Shown piece after piece: positions 18,725-26,022 of a stretch of 37,430 bases of DNA. How positions within the stretch are numbered: the first letter of the stretch is position 1; every line of letters starts with the position of its first letter. A program made the translations under genes and the position numbers. Below the pieces are notes generated by a model. It ran no database searches. It was not told the DNA's origin and was given only the letters and a program-made list of their open reading frames with translations. Origin of the DNA: Chlamydiota bacterium. GTDB taxonomy: Bacteria > Chlamydiota > Chlamydiia > Chlamydiales > VGMA01. The stretch spans positions 1 to 37,430 of the forward strand of contig VGMA01000003.1 of the NCBI GenBank assembly GCA_016866575.1, in the 5' to 3' direction.

Positions 18725-20209
18725 ATGAACACAAAAATTTTTTTTACTTTGCTTACTGCTTTATCTCTTCATGTATATGGCAGTGAAGAGAAAATCAACG
18801 AGATTGTCAATGAGACCATTAAAACTTTTGAGATTCCCGGAGCGGCCATTTCGGTAGTTAAAGATGGAAAAATTATTTTAAACAAAGGTTACGGTGTAAG
18901 AAGTCTTTTGAGTTCAAAATCTGTAGACGAGTTGACTGTATTTCCTATAGCTTCTTGCACTAAGGCGTTTACGGCGATGGCTCTTGGTATTTTAGTTGAT
19001 AAAGAGCTGATAGAATGGGATGATAAAGTGATTGAGCACATTCCTGAATTTCGTTTGCATGATGTACATGCGACCTATTACAGCACAATACGAGATTTGC
19101 TTTGTCATATGTCGGGATTGCCGCGCCATGAAATCATGTGGTATTACTCTACATTTCCTAGATCTGAAATTTTGAATAAACTGCCTGGTCTTTCCTTGAC
19201 AAAAGACTTACGAGCGCGTTTTCAATACAACAATTTGATGTATGCAGTGCTTGGAATCTTGATAGAAAAAGTGAGTGGAAAAACTTGGGAACAATATATT
19301 TCAGAAAACATCTTTCGTACTTTGAAGATGAAACGTTCTTTCTTTTCTTATCAAGAAGCGCAAAAGATGGGAAATGTTGTTTCTGCTCATACAAAAATCC
19401 ATACAAAAGTGCAGCAAAGTCAATTTGTTGATTCAACCAATATGGGACCTGCGATCTCTATACATACTTGCGCTTCTGATATGAGTAAATGGATGCTGCT
19501 ACAGCTAAATGACGGCAAGTATCAAGATAAACAAATCGTCGAGATGCAAACACTTAGTGAAATGCACTCTGTGCAAGCTGCGCTCCAAAACATTTACTAC
19601 GAGCGATCTCCATACATTTTTGGATATGGTTTAGGTTGGTTTACAGGTATTTATGATGGCAATTACATCTTGATGCATGGCGGAACTGTGCATGGAGCAT
19701 TATCGTATTTGGTGCTGATTCCCAAAGAAAATCTGGGTGTGATGGTCATGATCAATAGCGATCATGAAAACTATGTGCCTGAAAGATTGGCTTATGCAAT
19801 TTGCGACATCATGATGCAAAAAGAGCCTGATTGGAGGCAAGAATTAGAGAAGAAAAAAGAGCAGATTCAATCAGATGTTAGCATAACGTATAGTGATGAA
19901 TCTTCTGAAGAATTGCCGGCTCTTTTGTGTCCTGTTGAAAATTATTTAGGTAGATATTCTAATTCAGGTTATGGCGATGTAAAAATTGAAGAAAAAGCGA
20001 ATGGCATGATTTTGACATACAATGGGCAGAGTTATCAGCTTAAACACAAAGGGTACAACCATTTTATGGCTCAATCTACTACAAAAAATGACTTGTGGAT
20101 TCATTGCTGGTTTTATACAGATAGCAATGGCAAAATTTCTGATTGTTTTTTAGGTTTAGAGCCGCAGTTATGGCTTATAGCTTTTTCTAAAAAAAGCGAC
20201 TCTACCTGA
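18725..20209 (+). CDS. Secreted serine hydrolase, beta-lactamase/AmpC-like fold with a C-terminal DUF3471-like domain
   Basis: Signal peptide MNTKIFFTLLTALSLHVYG, SxxK (SCTK), YxN (YNN), LLCHMSG and HGG. C-terminal YLGRYSNSGYG. Confidence 0.88.
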   Translation: MNTKIFFTLLTALSLHVYGSEEKINEIVNETIKTFEIPGAAISVVKDGKIILNKGYGVRSLLSSKSVDELTVFPIASCTKAFTAMALGILVDKELIEWDDKVIEHIPEFRLHDVHATYYSTIRDLLCHMSGLPRHEIMWYYSTFPRSEILNKLPGLSLTKDLRARFQYNNLMYAVLGILIEKVSGKTWEQYISENIFRTLKMKRSFFSYQEAQKMGNVVSAHTKIHTKVQQSQFVDSTNMGPAISIHTCASDMSKWMLLQLNDGKYQDKQIVEMQTLSEMHSVQAALQNIYYERSPYIFGYGLGWFTGIYDGNYILMHGGTVHGALSYLVLIPKENLGVMVMINSDHENYVPERLAYAICDIMMQKEPDWRQELEKKKEQIQSDVSITYSDESSEELPALLCPVENYLGRYSNSGYGDVKIEEKANGMILTYNGQSYQLKHKGYNHFMAQSTTKNDLWIHCWFYTDSNGKISDCFLGLEPQLWLIAFSKKSDST

Positions 20210-20220
20210 TTTAAGGATTC

Positions 20221-20243
20221 GAGCAAAAGTGCATCTTTTGCTC
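20221..20243. terminator. Hairpin just downstream of the serine hydrolase stop (possible terminator)
   Basis: gagcaaaag-tgcat-cttttgctc, a perfect 9-bp stem. The U-tail is weak. Confidence 0.45.
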
Positions 20244-20414
20244 TTACTCTAAATCAAAAGAATCTGTTGATGATAGTTCGCTCATCCCCTAAACTTGGCT
20301 ATAAAGCTAAGAAATAAAAATAGGGTATTCTTTAGATCGATTTCTAAAGAATCAAGCTCCTCTATTTTTGATAAAGATGAAAATCTCATGATCAATGCAA
20401 CGGAATCTCAATAG

Positions 20415-21404
20415 ATGCAAATAGCAGTTGTTGGAGTCAATTTTAGACAAGCGGCTGTTGAAGTTCGAGAGCAATTCATACTCCGCTCAATAGAGCTTTT
20501 TAAGAAGCGATTTTCTTCATTTAGTCATGTGTTTTTAGCAACGTGCAATCGTGCTGAAATCTATTTTTCCTCACGCCATTTGCCGATCATCCAAGAGATG
20601 ATTTTGCAAGAGCTTGACCATGTTTATATCTTTAATGATGAAGCATGTTTTGCTCATCTTGCAAAAGTGACATCCGGCTTAGATAGTGCGATACTTGGAG
20701 AATCTGAAATCCAAAGGCAAGTAAAAGAGGCCTATAAACTAGCGATAAGGCAGCAAAAGCTTCCTTCAGAGCTCCACTTTCTTTTTCAAAAAGCGTTAAA
20801 ACTTGGTAAAATGGTCCGATCCAGCTGCCTATATCGACAAGCATCAGGTCTTAAAGAAGTCATTTCCCACCTTTTGAAAAAACATGTCGATCCCAATACG
20901 GCTATTTTATTTATCGGATATTCACAAATCAACCGCAGGATTATTAACCATTTACAGCATTTGGGGTGGAATTCTTTGACTCTTTGTACAAGAAGTCCAT
21001 CGGTGGTGAACATCAAAAATATCAAAGTGATCGATCATCAGAGCATTGATTCATGGATAAATTATCCTGTTGTGATTGTAGGGGTAAAAGAGAGTAGCTA
21101 CTTGCTCAAAAAAATAGATCAAAAGGTGTCTACGAAGTGCCTTATCGATCTATGTGTTCCAAGAGGAGTTGATCCAAGTATTGCCTTTTTGGTCGAAGGG
21201 GGATTTTGGAATATTGATGATCTCATGGATTTTCAAAAAAAAGAATTCAAGCCTACATTTGATGCAGCACCTTTAGAAAGTGAGATTGCTCAAAAAGCGA
21301 TTTTTTATCATCTAGATTATCGCAAAAAGATGGAGAAAAAAGGGCGTTATCTAAAAATTGAAGAGCCTATCAAAGAGATTTGTTCGATAGGCTCTAAAAG
21401 ATAA
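20415..21404 (+). CDS. hemA: Glutamyl-tRNA reductase (short chlamydial type)
   Basis: Catalytic ATCNRAEIY, SGLDSAILGESEI, FIGYSQIN and DLCVPR. Confidence 0.93.
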   Translation: MQIAVVGVNFRQAAVEVREQFILRSIELFKKRFSSFSHVFLATCNRAEIYFSSRHLPIIQEMILQELDHVYIFNDEACFAHLAKVTSGLDSAILGESEIQRQVKEAYKLAIRQQKLPSELHFLFQKALKLGKMVRSSCLYRQASGLKEVISHLLKKHVDPNTAILFIGYSQINRRIINHLQHLGWNSLTLCTRSPSVVNIKNIKVIDHQSIDSWINYPVVIVGVKESSYLLKKIDQKVSTKCLIDLCVPRGVDPSIAFLVEGGFWNIDDLMDFQKKEFKPTFDAAPLESEIAQKAIFYHLDYRKKMEKKGRYLKIEEPIKEICSIGSKR

Positions 21405-21405
21405 A

Positions 21406-22755
21406 TCAATATGCGCAGTTACCAGGCGAACGAGGATAGGGGATTACATCACGGATGTTTTCCATTCCAGTTACGTATTGGACCAATCTTTCAAATCCTA
21501 GGCCAAATCCTGCATGAGGGTTAGAGCCAAATTTGCGAAGTTCTAAGTACCACTCATACTCTTCTACTTTGAGCTTAGCATCTTTGATTCTTTGTAAAAG
21601 CACGTCGTAGCGCTCTTCACGTTGGCTTCCCCCAATAAGCTCGCCGACACCAGGAACAAGAAGATCCATAGCAGCAACGGTCTTTTGATCATCATTCAAA
21701 CGCATATAGAAAGCCTTGATAGCAGCAGGGTAGTTATAAATGATCACAGGACCTTTAAAGTGCTTTTCTGCTAAAAATCTTTCATGTTCAGATTGTAAAT
21801 CCAGCCCCCAAGAACATGGGAAGACGAATTCTTGTTTTGAATCTTGTAAAATTTTGATGGCATCTGTGTAGCTTACTCTTTGACAAGGTTTATCTACCAC
21901 AAATTGAAGCCTTTCAAATAGCGACGGATCAATATACTGAGAAAAGAACGTCAAATCCTCACGGCAATTTTCCAATACATCTACAACAAGGTAGCGTAAA
22001 AAATCAGCAGCTAAAGCCATGTCATCTTCTAGATTAGCAAAAGAAATTTCTGGTTCAATCATCCAAAATTCTGCAAGGTGGCGAGATGTATTGGAGTTTT
22101 CAGCGCGAAATGTAGGTCCAAATGTATAAACATCGCTCATCGCTGCTGCAAAAGCTTCCACATTCAATTGGCCTGATACAGTTAGATAAGCATTTTTGCC
22201 AAAAAACTTTTCTTTTGGCGTGTCTACATGAAACAACTCTCCTGCACCTTCACAGTCAAGTGAAGTAATGATCGGGGTGTGGATATATTGGAAGCCCCTT
22301 TCTTGAAAAAACTTATGTGTAGCAAATGCTAAGCGGCTTCTTACTCTTGTTACAGCTCCCATAGTGTTTGTTCTAGGTCGTAAATGGGCAATCGTTCTTA
22401 GATACTCAAAAGAGTGCCTTTTCTTTTGCAAAGGAAAATCGCTAGGAGCTTCTCCGATAACTGCTACTAAGTCTGGTTTGATTTCAACAGCTTGCCCTTT
22501 TGCTGGACTTTCCATTACAACACCGCTTACACGTATGGCAGCACCTGTTTGGATTTTTTCCATGAGCTCTTGGTAATTCGGTAATGATTCTTCAATCACA
22601 ATTTGTAAATTTGATACTTGTGATCCGTCGTTGAGTTCAACAAAAGAAAACGAGCTTTGTTTTCTTACCGTGCGCACCCACCCAGCAACAGTGACATGTT
22701 TTCCTATCAGTGAGAGATCTTCTTTGATCTGTTTAGTTTTTAGCTTTTTCATCAT
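21406..22755 (-). CDS. asnS: Asparagine--tRNA ligase
   Basis: GWVRTVR OB fold, LTVSGQL, FGPTFRAENSNTSRHLAEFWM, GGSQRE and GFGLGFER. Start moved to ATG 22755, which has AAGGTGG upstream. Confidence 0.97.
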   Translation of the reverse strand: MMKKLKTKQIKEDLSLIGKHVTVAGWVRTVRKQSSFSFVELNDGSQVSNLQIVIEESLPNYQELMEKIQTGAAIRVSGVVMESPAKGQAVEIKPDLVAVIGEAPSDFPLQKKRHSFEYLRTIAHLRPRTNTMGAVTRVRSRLAFATHKFFQERGFQYIHTPIITSLDCEGAGELFHVDTPKEKFFGKNAYLTVSGQLNVEAFAAAMSDVYTFGPTFRAENSNTSRHLAEFWMIEPEISFANLEDDMALAADFLRYLVVDVLENCREDLTFFSQYIDPSLFERLQFVVDKPCQRVSYTDAIKILQDSKQEFVFPCSWGLDLQSEHERFLAEKHFKGPVIIYNYPAAIKAFYMRLNDDQKTVAAMDLLVPGVGELIGGSQREERYDVLLQRIKDAKLKVEEYEWYLELRKFGSNPHAGFGLGFERLVQYVTGMENIRDVIPYPRSPGNCAY

Positions 22756-22849
22756 ATCCACCTTCAAATAATCAACCAAGATTATCAACTCTTAAGAGAA
22801 TTGACGCAAGAATTTTACCGTCTCTGATCCTTTAATTTTTGAACGCTAA

Positions 22850-22884
22850 AAAAAGTAGCGATCAGCTAATGATCGCTACTTTTT
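22850..22884 (-). terminator. Rho-independent terminator (potentially bidirectional)
   Basis: aaaaagtagcgatca-gctaa-tgatcgctacttttt, a perfect 15-bp inverted repeat with A/T tails. Lies downstream of the 272-aa minus-strand gene. Confidence 0.8.
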
Positions 22885-22895
22885 GATGACAAAAG

Positions 22896-22918
22896 CCCTC
22901 TTTTGTTCTAAAAGAGGG
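22896..22918. repeat. Second inverted repeat (9-bp stem)
   Basis: ccctctttt-gttct-aaaagaggg. Confidence 0.65.
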
Positions 22919-22956
22919 TTAGCTAAATGAAAACATAGCTTCTTAATCCGAAGTAT

Positions 22957-23775
22957 TCAGTGGATCTGGAAATAATTTTCATTTAAAGTATATTCGCTAA
23001 GATTTTTTATTTCTTGTTCTGGATCAAATAATGTTTCAAGATCAAGGCTGTCATTACGTTTACCGTCTACTCTATATTGTCCGCTGTCGAGTTTCATCGC
23101 TATATCAAGAAACAAGAGACAATTTTTATAAGCTTCTGCATCTTTTTCTTGGTTTGTTTCTGGATCTGATTCAAGACGTGTCAATAAAGCGTTGAGAGGC
23201 TCAAGAGAGTCATCTTTCCCTGTTCTTGCTTTAAGCCAATTTTGCAGTGCATGGGTGTCTAGTGCATAAGCATCTAATTCAACTGGAAACCACATAGTTA
23301 CTGCTTCTTTTAAAGCGGCATCGTCCGAAAAAGACTTTCTTAAGTTCAGTGCCTCTGATACAGGATTGCTTGTATTTGAAGTTGGTGTAAAAAGATGGTT
23401 TTTTAAGCATTCGTAAGCGTTGTCTACTTTATTTTTTTTAGGAAAAGAGGTAACGGTAAGCTCTATAGCATTATCCATGGACACTCGATCACTAAAACTA
23501 GCCGTACTATGCTCACTATTTTCTGTAGGGGATGAGCAATAATGATATATTTGACAGCCTATAAATACGATGATGGGAATAACAGTAATGATAGAAATAG
23601 CCCAAATAGCTGCAACTTTTGCATATTCGTATGAAGATGGATTTTCTCCTAAATAAAAGGCGTCACAAAAAGACTCTATGCAGGTGACTTGACGATCTCC
23701 CAAAGAGCCCAGTGTTTTGTCAGAAGGTTCGGGATTAGGAGTATATCTTAAATTTGTTAGCTCGATAGTTGACAT
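22957..23775 (-). CDS. Hypothetical protein with one N-proximal hydrophobic segment
   Basis: 272-aa ORF containing VAAIWAISIITVIPIIVFIGC. Has its own TGnTATAAT element upstream and hairpins downstream. Confidence 0.7.
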   Translation of the reverse strand: MSTIELTNLRYTPNPEPSDKTLGSLGDRQVTCIESFCDAFYLGENPSSYEYAKVAAIWAISIITVIPIIVFIGCQIYHYCSSPTENSEHSTASFSDRVSMDNAIELTVTSFPKKNKVDNAYECLKNHLFTPTSNTSNPVSEALNLRKSFSDDAALKEAVTMWFPVELDAYALDTHALQNWLKARTGKDDSLEPLNALLTRLESDPETNQEKDAEAYKNCLLFLDIAMKLDSGQYRVDGKRNDSLDLETLFDPEQEIKNLSEYTLNENYFQIH

Positions 23776-23838
23776 AATCGCGCCTATAATTAATTTATAT
23801 TACTAATTATAGCACGTTAACAAATAAAAATCTAATTA

Positions 23839-24702
23839 TTATACATTAACTAAATTATTAGAGTAGGAGCGAAGTAGCTCGATTTCCTTTGGCCATAACT
23901 CAGGATCAGGGGTTTCCAGATACATGGGCAAGGTAGAAAGGAGGGGGTGCTGCATGATGCATTTGAATCCTTCAAGGCCAATTTCCCCTTTTCCTAAGGA
24001 GGCGTGCCTATCGACTCTTGAACCCAGGGGTTTGAGCGAGTCGTTGATATGGAGGGCTTTAAGATATTTCAATCCTATGACCTCATCGAATTCTTTCAAG
24101 GTAGCGTCTAAGGCCTCTTTGGTGCGGATATCATAGCCTGCAGCAAAGATGTGGCAGGTGTCTATGCAGACGCCGATCGGAAGATAGGGGTGGACTTTAT
24201 CTATAATGTACTTGATTTGCTCAAAGCGGTGGCCAACGCAAGTTCCCTGACCTGCAGTGGTTTCTAATACTAAAAGGGTGGAGCCCTTTTTTACCATATT
24301 GGCACATTCAATAAGACTAAGAGCGATTTGGTCTAAACAACCTTCTTCTGTGCCGGTTGTGTAAGCTCCTGGGTGGAAATTGAGATAATCGATGCCAAGG
24401 GTATGGCAGCGCTCTAACTCTGCGGTAAAGGCAGTTTTGCTTTTTTCAAGAAGCTCAGGATTGTTAGAGCCAAGATTGATGAGGTAGCTATCATGGCTCA
24501 TCACCACTTGGATGCCGGTTTCTTCCTTGAGAGCATTCCATTTGGAAATTTCTTCAAGGGGGATAGAGCGACCCTTCCACTGCTTTTGGTTGCTGGTAAA
24601 GATTTGAACAGTGGTTGCTCCAATTTGTTTGCCTTGTACAAGGCCATTGTAACAACCACCTGCCGTAGATGTATGCGCTCCAATAAGTAGAGGCTTTTTC
24701 AT
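23839..24702 (-). CDS. nfo: Endonuclease IV
   Basis: Motifs IGAHTS, HDSYLINL, FHPG, LETTAGQG, CIDTCH, HINDS, DRH and LETP. Confidence 0.97.
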   Translation of the reverse strand: MKKPLLIGAHTSTAGGCYNGLVQGKQIGATTVQIFTSNQKQWKGRSIPLEEISKWNALKEETGIQVVMSHDSYLINLGSNNPELLEKSKTAFTAELERCHTLGIDYLNFHPGAYTTGTEEGCLDQIALSLIECANMVKKGSTLLVLETTAGQGTCVGHRFEQIKYIIDKVHPYLPIGVCIDTCHIFAAGYDIRTKEALDATLKEFDEVIGLKYLKALHINDSLKPLGSRVDRHASLGKGEIGLEGFKCIMQHPLLSTLPMYLETPDPELWPKEIELLRSYSNNLVNV

Positions 24703-24703
24703 C

Positions 24704-25324
24704 TTAGGTTGTGTGTGCTAAGAATTCGCAAACTAGAGGCACGTTCACAATGATCGGAAGTGCGATCTGGTCAGCTTGTGGTACAGAAAGAAGGGTTCCT
24801 GTGAACTTGTCAGCTTCTAGGCTTAAGTAGGAAGGAACTTCTTTAGCTGTGTTAGCTAGTGACTTTTGGATGAGATCGCTCTGGCGAGATTTCTCGCGTA
24901 GAGTGATTTTCATTCCTGGTTTCACTTGGAATGAGCGCACATTCACAATTCTGCCGTCTACTAAGAAATGGCGGTGTGATACGAGCTGCTGCGCGTGGAA
25001 AATGGAAGAAGCCATTTTCAAGCGGTATACAACTACATCAAGGCGTGATTCTAGTTGAGCCATAAGCTCATCAGGTGTTTTTCCCGTGCGGCGGATCGCT
25101 TCGCGGTAGTAGCGAACGAGCATGTGCTCAGGAATCATCCCATAGACAGCTTTAAGTTTTTGTTTTTCTTCTAGCTGTGCGCCGTAGTCTGATTTTTTCT
25201 TCTTTTTTGCGCCGTGCATTCCTGGCGGATTCTGGCGATTTCTCATCGGATTGCGTGCTTTCTCGAATAGATTGACGCCAAAACGTCTTGCAATTCTATT
25301 TTTCGGTCCGGTATAGCGAGCCAT
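24704..25324 (-). CDS. rpsD: 30S ribosomal protein S4
   Basis: Motifs MARYTGP, PPGMHG, SDYGAQLEEKQK, LESRLD and QLVSHRH. Confidence 0.98.
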   Translation of the reverse strand: MARYTGPKNRIARRFGVNLFEKARNPMRNRQNPPGMHGAKKKKKSDYGAQLEEKQKLKAVYGMIPEHMLVRYYREAIRRTGKTPDELMAQLESRLDVVVYRLKMASSIFHAQQLVSHRHFLVDGRIVNVRSFQVKPGMKITLREKSRQSDLIQKSLANTAKEVPSYLSLEADKFTGTLLSVPQADQIALPIIVNVPLVCEFLAHTT

Positions 25325-25355
25325 ATTTCTCCCAAACTAATTTGATATCCGTAGG

Positions 25356-25384
25356 AGCATAATCAAGATATCCATTTAAAGCAA
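25356..25384 (-). promoter_or_regulatory. Sigma66-type promoter of rpsD-nfo
   Basis: Minus strand: TTGCTT, 17 nt, TATGCT, about 30 nt upstream of the rpsD ATG. Confidence 0.6.
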
Positions 25385-25605
25385 GTGGTAATTTTTTTCT
25401 TTAAAACAAGCTTTTCCATAAGAGGGGACAGGGCCCGGCCAAGGGAGTGCCAAGAGTGGGTATATACACAATCAACAATCATCTAAAATTTAATTACACT
25501 TAATTACAGCAACTTAAATTTATTATTAAAAATTATAATAGATATTAATAAATTATTTATTTTATAATATATAAACTAAATTAATTTTAATAATAGGATT
25601 ATATC

Positions 25606-25968
25606 ATGAGCCACTTGCAAGTTGTTTTTCATTCTAGAGGAGGGAATGGGCATATAGCTGTTGGGAACGCGTTAAATGATCGTTGGACCGCCCAAGGAGA
25701 TGGATACACAGCTCGTTCAGTGGATGTCTTAGGTGATGGGATGTTTAACATGTCATTACCCGGACTACAGTCCAAGTTAGGCGATATGATGGTGAAAAGC
25801 TGGGATGAAACGCAGATGCATGGCAAGGTGCAAGATTTAACAAGCCTTGCGAAAATGCAAAAATATGTCAATTTGATTGGTCATGATAAAGCGGTCGAGA
25901 AATTTGTTAAACAATTGCAATCTTGCGATGTGGAGCCTGAAAAAATTGTATCTACACAGCCTCTATAG
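25606..25968 (+). CDS. N-terminal fragment of a GT28/MGDG-synthase-like glycosyltransferase (ends at an in-frame TAG)
   Basis: FHSRGGNGHIAVGNAL (GxGH loop) and IVSTQP. AGGA RBS. Same frame as the next ORF, with no other stop in between. Confidence 0.65.
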   Translation: MSHLQVVFHSRGGNGHIAVGNALNDRWTAQGDGYTARSVDVLGDGMFNMSLPGLQSKLGDMMVKSWDETQMHGKVQDLTSLAKMQKYVNLIGHDKAVEKFVKQLQSCDVEPEKIVSTQPL

Positions 25969-26022
25969 ATCAAGGCTCTAGTTGAAGCAGTCCAAAAGGT
26001 AAATCAAGAGAGGGGCTGGAAC

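Noticed and set aside
18725-20209. Antibiotic-resistance call (beta-lactamase), together with a vanX resistance cluster at 16605-17159
   Set aside because: HGG rather than KTG, and the extra C-terminal domain, fit generic serine hydrolases. No vanH/vanA/vanRS genes are nearby.
22760-22956. T-box riboswitch upstream of asnS
   Set aside because: No T-box consensus (UGGNACCGCG) or specifier stem was found on the minus strand. The hairpins fit a terminator of the upstream gene.
25966-25968. Genome-wide TAG reassignment or pyrrolysine as the explanation for the internal amber
   Set aside because: TAG terminates conserved genes at their expected ends in this window (rlmN after AACGQLVK, hpf, rluD). 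No pyl genes or suppressor tRNA are seen.
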